Part shown: positions 33,485 to 48,290 of the stretch, piece after piece
Layout: each line of letters begins with the position of its first letter
How positions within the stretch are numbered: position 1 is the stretch's first letter
From: Protoeuglena noctilucae
Taxonomy: Eukaryota
Length of the DNA: 64,000 nt
Assembly: GCA_958009085.1 (NCBI GenBank)
Contig: OY253668.1
Location: forward strand, 248,001 to 312,000
Direction of reading: 5' to 3'
Program-made: the position numbers and the translations under genes
The notes under the pieces: generated by a model
What the model was told of the DNA's origin: nothing
Seen by the model: the letters and a program-made list of their open reading frames with translations, nothing else
Database searches by the model: none

Positions 33485-36400
33485 TCAAGCCTCAGCGGCA
33501 CCGTCCTGCGCGGTGACGACGATCGGCGCTGCTGCAGGGTCCCCGCCAACATCGGCATCTACGCTACCCGCGACTCCCTCTACCATCCCAGGCGCACCGA
33601 CCTCTACGCTACCCGCAACTGCCTCCGCCCCTTCAGCCTCTGCGCTGTCCGCAACTGCCTCCACCCCTTCATTCACATCAGCCTCAGTACCTGCGTGGAC
33701 CTCCGCCTCCCCCCGCGTCTCCAGCCCCGCCTCCGCGCCACCCTCTGGCAACCCCTCAGCCGCTGGCGCACCCCCCTCATCGGCCCCATCGACAGCCCCA
33801 AGAGGGGCAGTCTCCGCATCTGCAGCTGAAACCGGGCCCGTCACCCCCAACGCAGAGCTCTCGTCAACCCCATCGCCGTCGCCGTCTCCAGACTGCGCAG
33901 GCCCAGCCTGGGAGTCCTCCCGCCCCACATCGCCACCCACTTCACCCTCCTTCCCACCCTGAGTGTCGCCGTTCCCTCTCCCCGCCATTCCAGCACCGAT
34001 CTCAAAGGCCCCCTCGCCACTGACAACTTCTGCATCACCCAGCGCCACCCCAGGCGCAGTTTCCAATTTCTCAACTCCGGCACGCCCCTCCCCGTTTACG
34101 AACCCCTCACCGTCCCCTGACACCGCCCCTGGGCTCTCCTCTCTTAGCCCCATCCCCGACAGACCAACCCCGCCCTCTGCACTCGCTTCCATCCCACCCA
34201 CCCCGCCCTCAGCAACGCTCGTCTCACCCCCTTCCCCCTCTTCTGTGCGCTCCCCGCCCTCATTGGCCTGCCCTATCACCCCACTCTCATCAGCCACGCT
34301 CGTCTCACCCCCTCCCCTTTCTTCGTTCTCCCCTACACCCACATCGGCCTGCTCTGCCACCCCACCCTCATCCGCCACGCTCGTCTCACCCCCCTCCCTC
34401 TCTTCACTCCCCGCTTCACCCGTACCAGGCGCTCCCGGATTCTCAGTCACTGTGTCCGGCCCTTCCCCAGCCCCTGCCCCCTCCAGCCCCTTTCCCAGCA
34501 TCACGCTCGGCTCCCCATCGATGCCCTCGTCAAAGGGCGACAGCGTCGAGAGCCCCTCCCCACCACCCGCCACGCAACTCGCCCTCTCTGACCCTGAGCT
34601 CCGCTCCGTCGCACCGCGAGCCCCCCGAGGGCTTCGCGACGCACTCTGTGGCCTCGACCGCCCGCTCGCCGGCCGCGACCGCACCGACCCCGAACCCCGC
34701 GACGCACGCCCCGTTCCACCCGCACCGGGGCTCGCTGCAGCCCCACCCGGGCTCGCCGCAGCCGTCGTCGCGTCCCCGCCGTCGCCCCGCCCCCTCTCCG
34801 CCCCCGCCGGGCCCTCTCCGCCCATCGCAGCCGCGCTGTTCGCCCCCGCCGCGTCCTACGTCCCCTCAACGTCCACCCTCCCCGCCTCCCAGGGGTCAGG
34901 CACGTCGCTGTTGCCATCTGCCAGCGGGCCCAGCATGCGGTCGAGGTGTGCGGAGCCCTGGGCGTCCCGGCCGGCGGCAGACTCGGCCTGGAGGAGTCGC
35001 GCGGAGAAGCCAGCGCTCAGGCGACGCAACGAGGCGGAGGATGGTTTGCGGGACGGGCGCGGGTTGATCGGGCGCGCCAAGTCCCCCTGCCGCTGCCGCT
35101 GGGGCCAGGTGAGGTCCATGTTTGCCGAGGCCTTGGAGATGCGAGACGCCCGGCGGGTGGACGAGGGCAGGGAGCCCTGCAGCGCCGCCCCGGCACCGGA
35201 GCCGTCCGTGTTGTCGTGGTTGCGTGCCTCCCGCTGCATCGACGCCACCGCGTGGGCCGCCAGCGCCGCCTGGCCCAAGGTCTGCGAAAGAGAGAAAGAA
35301 CGGGGCAGCAGTTGCGACATGACATGCGTCGTCCTGGCAGAGATGAGACGATTGGTCCTGGACGCCCAACACGCGAACACGCCCAGGCTCTGCTCAGTCA
35401 CTCATCGCTTGCCCTGCTAGCATCTCTCCGGCTACTGCTCCCCCTCCCCTGGTCCCACTCTATTGCTCCCGCCCCACTGCTGCTCCCACCCCACTGCTGC
35501 TCCCCCCAACACCATTGCCGTCACCTTGTGGTCGGGCCTCCGGATGGCGTACGGGTTGGACAGGTGCTCGGGCATGACGAAGACCCCCGGGGGCTTGGAG
35601 AGCACGAGGTCCCTGCGCTCCCTGGCGTTCGTCTCGGTCTCTAGTGGCATCTCCGCGCGCAGCTCCGAGCAGTACAAGAGCCACGGCTCCCCCGCGCTGT
35701 CCATGGCAAAGTGCAGCACCATCGACTGCACCCAGTACCGCTGCGGCGACACCTCGTGGATGTGCTTGACGAGCTCGCTGCACACCTCGCGCAGGCGGCG
35801 GGTCATCCCCGTGAGCATCTCGGTGTCGGCCGTGCGCTCAGCCATCTCCTGGATGGCCGGCTCAAACGCCCCGATCTTGCAGCCCATGCGCGTGACGGCG
35901 CGCGGGAGGCCGCGGACGCGCGCGCGGCGGACGCGGAACATGGTCGTCGTCCACTCCACCTCCACCAGGTACGTGCTGTCGTCCGCTGCGGGCGAAACGC
36001 CAGAACACGTTGTCCAGATGTGCAGGTGAACCCACAGTCAGTAGCGTGTGCGGCGAAGAAATAGCTGGTGTGCGCTGGTAAGGAACACGGAGCTGCGCGT
36101 GTGGCACCCCGCTGGCAGCCAGGAAGTGCAGCGGGCGTGGCGGCGGGCGGCCGTGCGAACAGTGCCCTGCTTCCGCCACTCACAGGATCGCACGTGGGCC
36201 TGCAGGATGCCGTCGCGGAGCTCTCCCTGGAGGCAGAAGAGCTCGAGGTTGGTCCAGTCCATTTGGATCATGTCGAAGCCGACGCCCTTGAAGTCCCTGG
36301 GGACGAAGTGCGCCACGATCGGGGACTCCTGCTGCCCCACGCGGCGGCGACGGGGACGGAAGAGCTCCAGGATCTCTCCGCGGGTGGCGAAGCGCTCGGC

Positions 36401-38569
36401 GTGGCGCTTCTTTATCTCGCCGTTCTGCAGACGACAGGGTGGGTCAGCATCAAAGGGGCGGGAGCAAGAGTTCGAATCGCAAGACGAACGCCGGGGGACG
36501 CGGCGCCGCTTTGGCTATCCCTGGCTCGGTGCGAGGCTGCTGCAGGAGCCGGCAGCGGGGCCCCGCCGGACACCGACTGTGCATGGATGTTGACATCGCA
36601 GCATCTGTGACATGATGTAATTAGGACATGAGATCCAGTCTCTCGCCTTGTCAGAGAAGAACCACGCGGCGGGGAGGCCCTGGCGGATGACGAGGGTGCT
36701 GGGCAGGCGCGCCAGGTTGAAGTTCATGCCGGTCTTGGCGTTGGGGGCCCAGAGGTACTGCGCGCACGCGGGGGTCGAAATGCGACCGGCACGGCATTCG
36801 GCATGCTTTGTAAGTAAAGCAAATCACAAGGCCAGGACGGGCTTTGCGTCTGCCCCACTGGGTCCGGGCTCCGGCACAGCTGAGGGACCCAGACAGGCAC
36901 CAGACTCAGGCACTCACCCAGTAGATGTTTTGACAGTGGACCTTGTCGAACGCGGGCGCCTCGTCCCCGGCCACTTGCCGCAGTCGGTGCGCCAGCAGGG
37001 TGGCGTTCAGGGCGCGCATCACCGTCTGCCGCGCAATGCGGTCGCGGTTCTGCGGGGCACGTGATCCTGACGTCGTGTGCTGGAAAAGGAAAAGAGTCCG
37101 GTCCATAAACAAGCATGTGTACGATCCGCGCTCCAAGAAAAGCCCTCAGGCCTCACCTTGGCCATCCTCGCCTCGTCCTCGGACATGGGAGCGTCCGCCC
37201 CACTCTCCGCCAGGGCAGCGGCCTGCAGCGGCAATGGAACACTAAGAGCTTCGGCTTGACGAGCGCAGGTCAGAGCCAAGTTCAGAGCGCTTGAAGGGCT
37301 GTTCATGACAAAACACTGGGTGGCATCATGGGCACGCACCGACGGGGATGTCGTCATGCCGCCCCTCTTCTTCATCCTCCCCCGGGACGACTCGGCCGCC
37401 ACTCCCTGCAGCCAGGCATGGGATCGGCGTGTACCCGAGGAGCCATGCTGGACTTGTGACCGTGGACACCCCCGCTGCGGCCTTGTCTCAACACAAGGTG
37501 TCATGTCGCGCCTCACCGGGCTACTCTGATGCCTCCTCCGCCCTGGGGCGTCCCCGTCGCTCCAGGAAGGTAGGACATCCCCGGCAACACTCTTCGTGTC
37601 CCCTGGGATCGAGGGGAGCCGGCAGGTCGCTTCAAATGATCAGCCGTCTGTCGTGGGTGTGGCGGGCATGCGCACACTCCCGCAGCCAGCAGGCACGTCA
37701 GGCGCGTCGTCACCTTCGGCTTCCACGTTCGACCTCATCGCTTTCTGCTCCTGGAAACGGTTGCCCATCTGCCTGCGATGCAGTCGCTTTGCCTGACCGT
37801 GAGACGAGGGCCGGTCAGCTGCATCAAGGTCATGTCAGAGCCGCGCTGAGCCACAGGGACATGTGCGACCCCGCCGGCTGCGCGCGCAGTCACACCTGAG
37901 GTGAGCGTGGCTCAGCGAGGCGTTGCCCTTCTTGCCGACAATGGTGGAGGAGAGGGTCGCTGCGACCGAGTTGGTCGCGCCGAGGTCGTGGACCAGCTCG
38001 CCCGCAATGTTATCGAGCTCCTCGTCAACATCCGGAATGACCTGCGGGTCATCCAGGGGCCTTCTTGTCACGTGACCGAAGCGCACGGGGCCCCTGCGCC
38101 TGTCCGCGCACGAGAGTCCTGACCTGAGGCCGCTGGAAGAACTTCTGCGGACCCATGTATTTCTCCTCCAAGTCTGGCCGGAGAACAGAGCGCTGGTAGT
38201 TCGGGCGATGGCTGGTCCTCTTTGGAACCCTGCGAGTGCAGGGGCGAGCGCTCTCTCGTGAAGCGAGGTACTCGCGATCCTTCAGAGAAGCCGCTTTACA
38301 TCACACAAAATGCGATGAAGGCATCGGAGAGCCTGTATGCACCTGGGGCGCGTGAAGGCCTGGAGCTTGGCCCATGCGTCCGACACGCTCATGCCGATGA
38401 TGGTCCCGAACTCCGCCGTGTTCCGCACCACGGCGGTGAACGAGGCAACGGCATCCTCTGACGGCAGCTTCTTCTTCTTGGCGAAAACGCCATCCCGCGA
38501 GTCCAGGCCGTCGCGAAATGCAATGGGGTTCCTGCCGGACCCGCCCATGGCTCGCTTCTGCGATATCAT
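33485..38569 (-). CDS. Large multi-exon hypothetical protein: conserved-looking central domain (~35480-36730) and long Glu/Gly-rich tail. The 5' exons (37400-38569) may belong to a separate gene.
   Basis: Codon-biased exons: LPSTLVIRQGLPAAWFFSD; DGILQAHV; YLVEVEWTTTMF; RRLREVCSELVKHIHEVS...VQSMVLHFAMDSAGEPWLLYCSELR. A 446-aa terminal ORF spans 33485-34825. Confidence 0.6.
34150..34440 (-). repeat. 81-bp (27-aa) coding tandem repeat, GGETSVA(D)EGGV motif x3
   Basis: acgctcgtctcacccc occurs at 34215, 34296 and 34377, an exact 81-nt spacing. Confidence 0.85.
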
Positions 38570-39045
38570 AACAGGGAACGGGATTCTTGAAATGCATCTT
38601 GCATCGCAAGGGATCTCGGCGTCCCTGCGCCGTCCCGACGAGCCGCGGAGCGCCTCCTCAGGTCAACAACATGTCGTCCCCCCATCGCTCCCATCCGCAC
38701 CCCTGCCGCCTCCTCGCGCACACGGCGCGTCAGAAATGGGTAATTGGATGCAGGCCTTGTTCCGGAATGGGAAATGCAAGAGGAATTTCGCTCAGTTGGC
38801 CATGAGCAATGCACACCGCGAAGATGGCTGGCCCTAATTGCGAGGTGCTAGCAGTGAACGCGATGGCTTCATTTCACGCCCTTCTCTTTCACAAAGGAAC
38901 CCGGAAGAAGGTTTCTCAGAGAAAACCAGACGGTACAGAACCCTACTGGCCGTGCCACGAGGACCCTGGGAGAGCCTCCGATGCACCCACAAGGCCAAAC
39001 GCCTCGAACTCGGCAACACGGACGACCTGGTGGTCTTGGCCCCTC

Positions 39046-39859
39046 TCAGTTCCCCTGGATGCCGTCGTAGTCCTCGTCCGTGAGCCCGAACAGATCCATG
39101 ATGGCCTTCGGGGGCTTCTGCCGCCCGCTGCTGGTCATCCCCGGGATGTCACGCAACCCGGCGCAGTCCCCCACGCCCAGCTCCGCCTGCCGCCTGCAGT
39201 ACTTGTCCTCGAGCTCCCTCTTTCGTCGGGCCTTGTTCTCCTCGGACTTCGCCTTGAGCCTGCGCATGGATGGGACAGGCACGCAGTCGTCGCCCGAGCA
39301 GGATAGTAGGGGCACCCCTGGGCAGCCCGGACAGCTGCCATCTGCCCTGGTGGGCGGTGTGAGCGGTGACGAGGGGCACCGGGCCATCACACACGCAGAG
39401 TCCCGCACCCCTTCAGGAAGTCGGACTCCTGGAACGACTTCTCAGCCTCCCTCTCGCGCCTCTCCGCCTCCTTGCGACCCTCCATCACGGAGCCAATCAC
39501 GCTCCCCACGCTCTGCGGAGCAACGCAATGCAAACAATAGCAGGCAGGTCGCTGGGCGCTTGAGAGGTCATCAGAGGTCATCTGAGGCGCTTCACATGTC
39601 AATGCCACGTCAACTTTCCCCTTGGCAGCCCCGCTGCGACGCTACGCTGTGCGCTTGCGCTTACCTGTGGCACCTCGATCGACCCCAGGCCGGACGGGCC
39701 CGACTCGGCGAGCGCGGGCTCGCTAACAAACAGAGTTGCGGACAAGAATGAGGCAGTCAGAACGCGGACGGCAGCGCGGGCAGGGGCTCGTTGAGCCGGC
39801 GAGGCGCTAACATTCACTACGCCCGCGCGGGATTGCGTGAGATGGGCCACTCGCGCCAT
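39046..39859 (-). CDS. Predicted thylakoid-lumen protein, weakly PsaN-like
   Basis: Bipartite presequence ending LTASFLSATLFVSEPALA|E (A-x-A). Mature part contains RLKAKSEENKARRKRELEDKYCRRQAELGVGDCAGL. Confidence 0.6.
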
Positions 39860-40159
39860 CCTGGCGCCGATCCCCGCAGGTGGAGGTAGCTCCGGTGTCT
39901 GATTTGACTCCTCGCGGCAGTGGCATGCCGCATGGATGGCCGCTGGGATTGCAGGAACGGGCAATCGCCGCTAGAAACTGCGCTAGGTTTTCTGATACAT
40001 GGGTGCGCAGCCGCGGTCCACAGCGCTGCCACTGACCCTGCTGCACACCCCGCTGCCTGTAGTCATCGCCGGCGTGGGGGGAGACGGGAGCCTCAGGGAG
40101 GACGGAGGGCAAACGTTTCTGGGCCTGGGGGAGGGGACACGGTGGAGCTGCGGGCAGCC

Positions 40160-43206
<3,047 letters not shown>

Positions 43207-43835
43207 GGGCGTGGTCTGGTCGCGAAGCATGTTCCGCAGTATTGCAACAACGCCCTTCGCATTGAACTGCGGGGCGAAGGAGAGAACGGAATCTTTGGCA
43301 AAGCAGGACGGCAGGCGAGCGCACCATGCGTCCCCACGCGCCGTCTTACAGCCGTATCGGTCATCGCGTGGCTTCCCGCATTCTCCAGTAAATGACGAAC
43401 GCAGGACCCGCGGACAGGACGCCTGCAGATGACAGGAGCAGTTGCTTTGCACGCTCTCTTAAAAGCCAAGAGCGCCTTTGCGGCCCTGAGACGGCCACAT
43501 CAGCTCACCCATGATTAAAGCGAACACCACCAGCGACATCGGGGTCTGCGCGGGAAGGGAGCGCGCCTTCCGCTCAGAGAGGCATCTTCCCGCAGCTCCG
43601 TGACGAACTGCTCGTTCTCTGTGTCTCTTCCTCTCCCCGCGTGTGCTTCGACAGGACGCAAGGAAGAACGTCAAGCTGCATCTCTCGTCACAGGAATTCA
43701 ATCGAAGGCGCAGAGGCTGGGGACGTACCCTCCTAGCAGGGCATGCCCGAGCATACAGGGAGCAGGACAGGAGGCCACCCGTCCTGCTAGGAGAACCAGA
43801 GTGCACTGCGCCTTGGGTCCAGCCTGATACCGGCA

Positions 43836-45086
43836 TCACTTGTCCTTCTTCACCTCCCTATCCTGGGCTGCCTGCGCTGCCTGCTTCCAAACCGGGACCG
43901 GGCGAGGGCCGTCTTGCGTCGTGTCGGCCCGAGGATGGCCGTCGCTGCTGTCCTCGTCGCCTTCGTCGTCCACTCCCACGTCGTCCATCGGGTGGCTGAG
44001 CAGCCGGTGGAGCTGGCGCATCCTGGCAACACCCTCCGGGTCCACCTGACCCACCCCCTCCGAGGCGTCGCCCGAGCCGGCGGCGGCCGCCGCCACCTGC
44101 CGCGCGTCGACCTCCCGGAAGCTCCGCTCGACGGTGTAGAGCAGCACCACCCCGGCGACGATGGGGGTGACGCATATGGCGAACAGCAGGGCCGCGTCGG
44201 CCGCCTGCGTCCCCAGGAAGTGGTAAGAGGCGTTGTTCTCGTAGAACGTCTCAGTCATTAGGTTGCGCACGAAGCTGACGACGGCGTGGAGGTAGCGCGC
44301 GGGGGCGCCCAGCCGGGCGAGGGGCGATGGGGACGCAGTAACGGTCGCGTTCCACCCAGTCGCCACGAAGTCCAGCATGGCTTGCACGTGTCGAGGGCCG
44401 GGGAACTTCCTGCGAGGGGGCGAGGGCGAGGCTCACGGTGAGTTCAGGGCAGGCGGGCAGGTCCTGCAGCCCGCACATGCCACAGGCATGGCAGCGGGGC
44501 GCAGCTGCGGACCTGACTTGGCCGTCGCGCAGGAGCAGAATGGCCGGGGTTGTGGTGACGTTGAGCATCTTCTTCACCCCAGGAGAGCACACGGTGCTGA
44601 CCCGCCCCACGTGTGCGGGGGCGCCGCCTCCCGCTCCCTCCGCCAGCAGCCCCGACAAGATGCCCAGCTGCAGAACAGCGTAGGAGGTGGCGAAATTTTG
44701 CGAGACGGACCTTTCACCGCGATGGGAGGGGCCCCAACCAAGCGCCACCCGCAGCGCGCCCCTGCCCCAGACGCCGGGATCACCTCGGTGTCCAGGTCCT
44801 GCGTGCTAGGGTTCCCAGGATCGACGAGTGCCACCAGCCAGATGCCGCTCGTCGCGAGGGATGCGATGTTCCACTCATGGAGCGGAACGATCGGCCCTTG
44901 GGGATGCCTGGAGGACTTGCTCGCGCCCCCTGCGGTCACAGCGCGGAAAAATCTATCAGGCGCACTTCCCTGCTCAGCGTCGGGAAAAAGAGACGCCATC
45001 GCCACGGAAATGCCAAGGGCACATGCCACAGCCCACCTTGCAGCGCCCCCCGGCTGCTTCCCAGCATACATGCAAGGATGAGACAT
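43836..45086 (-). CDS. TMX-like membrane thioredoxin-fold protein lacking CxxC
   Basis: Signal peptide; GIWLVALVDPGNPSTQDL; VGRVSTVCSPGVKKMLNVTTTPAILLLRDGQVRKFPGPR..QAMLDFV; transmembrane segment LLFAICVTPIVAGVVLLY; acidic tail ending KKDK*. Confidence 0.7.
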
Positions 45087-45591
45087 ACTGTGCTCAGGAG
45101 TAGGCGCCCACGCCCCATCGTGCGCTCTGGGCGGCGCGCAGGCTCGGCGGGAGACCGGTGCACAGTTCGCGGCCCCCGCCAGCTCGGGAGGCCAGCACGC
45201 GAAGGTTGTCAGGGGCTCAGGCAGATAATTCGTGGAATAGTCAGTTTGTAGGTGGGCCACGTCCCCCGCAAGAGAGCTCTATCGAAGGATTCACACGGCA
45301 AAATGTCAGGGGCCTGATGCGACGAGATACACGGGCGGATGGGTCAGGGGAACAATTTGAAGCATGAGTTGCGCGACGATATATACCCAGGCGGCCTGCG
45401 CAGGCCCTTATCACTCATGCTTGGCGTGGCGCGCAGACGACCTGCGTTGATGCGTCAGAGTGACCGCATCCTGGACGAGATTGACCGATCCTTACGCCCA
45501 CATTTCTTGCATGCCTGTTGTGTTCTCCGCCAGCGCCCTCCTGTCGTCGCCTGTGAGCCTGATGCCGAAGCACATAGTGTTCGACGAAGAA

Positions 45592-47594
45592 ATGGATTCC
45601 GACGGCGCGCCCCCGGACTCCGTCGAAGTGCACCGTCAGTCTCTGTCCAGGCTCACCATGGCGGGCACCTCGGGCACCTTTCACGCCTCCACGCCGCTGG
45701 GTGCGGTGTCGGCCGCAAAGAACGGGGTTGTCCTGAGCGTCGCGGCGTCCAGGTGCGTGACTAAAGCGCTTTCCTGGCAGATATGTGACGAAAGAAATGG
45801 GTGAGCTCTGTATTCGCTGCCGTTTCGACGTCCAGACGCCGCTGGCTCTGCGCGCAGGGCAGGCGCCGATGGCGGGCTGCTGGCGGCGGCGCTGAGTTCC
45901 GGGACCGTTCAGCTGTACTCGTGGCAGGGAAATAGCGGAGCGATGGTGCAAAGTCACGCTCTGGAAGCGAAAAAGGTGACGTGATAGCCTGATTTCCCGC
46001 TGCCACGAGCCACCCGAAGCCACTAGCTCAGCTGCTGGGACACATTCCCCGCCGCAGCCGACCAGCGTCAAGTTCCCGCTGCGATCCGAGCTGCACCTGC
46101 TCTTCGCCACATCGGAGTCCGGGGAGCTGCGGGTCTTTGACACGAGGACGGGGGCCGTGGCGATGCGTCTGGGTCCCACCCCCGATGCCGGGCCGCTCTG
46201 GTCGTGCGACGCCGCCGAGCACCGCGTGGCTGCGGGGGCGGCTGAGACGGTCCTCGTCTGGGACCGCCGGAACCTGGGCGCTCCGCTGACGACGCTGGAG
46301 GATGCGCACGGTGATGCCGTGACCCAGTGCCGGTTCGCGCCCGGGACGCCCTCCCTTCTCCTGTCGTGCTCCGTCGACGGACAGGTCTCCGTTTCCGACC
46401 TCACGGCGCCGGACCCTTACGACGCGTTCAAGGCGAGGGCAGAACGTGCTTTGTGCCCCACAGTCCCAGCGGAGCCACGGTTGCTTGAGTAACCTGTGTG
46501 TTAGGACACGAGACTCGCGCCGCGTCTGCAGGCTTGCATCAACACCTTCGACTCTCTGGCGGACTTTGATTTCTACGGCCCATCCCTGTCGTCTCTGTGG
46601 GTCCGATCCCACACCGAGGCGCTGTACTTTTGGGATTGGAAAGACGCCTTGCGGTGGGTCGCGGTAGGGCATGAATCCCATGCAGCCGTGCCGCCCTTTG
46701 TGCTGTCATTGGTGGGGCGTGTGGCTGAGAAGGGTTTGTTCCCTGACATGACAGCGGCCATGACAGTGGCACTGCCATGACTTGCTACTATCATGCTTTG
46801 CTGTCATGACAGCATGCCATCACTTTCTATCACGACTTGATGGTCCATGCAGAGAGGACGGCGACGGAGGCGCCTCGTTCGCGTCGTTCAAAGAGGCTAG
46901 GTGACCTGATAAGCGCAGGAGACCTCATGTTTGCTGATGGGGACGTTAGCTTTGGCGAACATCTCATATGGTGCCTCCCTGTTGCGACGCAGGGAGGGCC
47001 TGCGAGAGGCAAGCAAGGCGTCAGAAGCGGCGTGCGGGGAAGAGCAGGCGGACTACCTCCTGGGGTGCTGGTGGGACAGCAGCGAAGAGAGGCTTTGCGC
47101 AGTGGCGGGGAGCAACAGGCGAGGCAGCGTTTATTGCATGTCACACGCATCCCACGCCACGGCACGCCCTCGCATGCCAAGACACCGCCCTCGGTGCCTG
47201 CAGTGGTAGCGTGGGGGTATTCCCACTGTCGGTGGAAAAGGACCGTGTTACAGCAGGGCCGCCCGTCCTGGGGCTGTCGGGGGGGCATACCACGGTGGTC
47301 CGAGCGGTGGAGTGGCTGCCAGACGAGGGCGGGCGACCATGGACCTGCGTGAGTGGCGGGGAGGACGGCAGGCTGTGCCTGTGGAGTGCGGGGTCCGGTG
47401 GGCGCGTGGGGGCGGATGCGGGAGGGGTGTCTGGGGCGCGTGCCCATGGGCGGCAGGGGGATGGGGTGGACAAGGGCAACAAGGGTGACAGGGCAGCGGT
47501 GGTGAAGGAAGCGAGGAGGCCCAGGGACGGCGGGGTGGCGAAGAAGCCACGCCGGCACGGCAAGGGGAGTTACGGCAGCGGCAAGCCGTCCTGA
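45592..47594 (+). CDS. WDR89: WD40-repeat protein, WDR89/GTS1-like
   Basis: VLVWDRR; LEDAHGDAVTQCRFAP...LLSCSVDGQVSV; LWVRSHTEALYFWDW; DYLLGC; LSGGHTTVVRAV; VSGGEDGRLCLW; basic tail. Confidence 0.8.
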
Positions 47595-48290
47595 TGGCCA
47601 TGTGTAGCTGCGCAACGGGAGCGTGTGAGCTGCATCTGTGTGCAGGGTTTGCTTTGCTCCACTTGACCATTCCATGTGGCAGGTGTATGAGGGATCACGC
47701 CGCTTGCTTCAAGGACAGTCCGATTGTGCAGCCAGACAGCGACGGTGCGCAATCCACAAGACAGCGACGAGCATTTGCAGCCACTCAATGAAGCTCACAA
47801 CACGCACGAGATCCCGCGAGGGATCGAAAGAGAGGCTTACAGCGAAAGAGTCCCTGAGCCACCCACGCCACGCGCCACAGCGAATGGGCGCTTGCATGGC
47901 GCGGGTGCAGAAAACGGGGAGACGCTTGAGCAGGTTTCGATCGTCCAACATCATCGCACGACAAACGTGACTGAACGGAGCACGAGGCACCGCGACACGT
48001 GACCAACCAACGCAGCTCATGCAGCAGTTCGGCAAAGATGCACGCAAGACGCGACGAATGCCCCCTGGCGACTGCCGCCAGCAAGGTCATACATCGGCGC
48101 AAGGTGCCGGGAAAGAGGCGAAGAGGAAAGCCAGCCACAGGCGCAAAAGCAAAGGTTGGACGCCGCACACGACCGACATAGGGCCGACTCATCGCCAGCC
48201 TTTGGCGGCGCAAGCAGCAGCGCATGGGCAGAGAAGAATGCAGCAGGGAGAGACCACAGGCCACCGCCGCTGCCGCGAGCGGGCTGCGCT

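Noticed and set aside
33963..35420. 485-aa Pro/Ser-rich + strand ORF that looks like a hydroxyproline-rich cell-wall glycoprotein
   Set aside because: It has a GTG start and no signal peptide, and is the reverse complement of the Glu/Gly-rich terminal exon of the spliced minus-strand gene.
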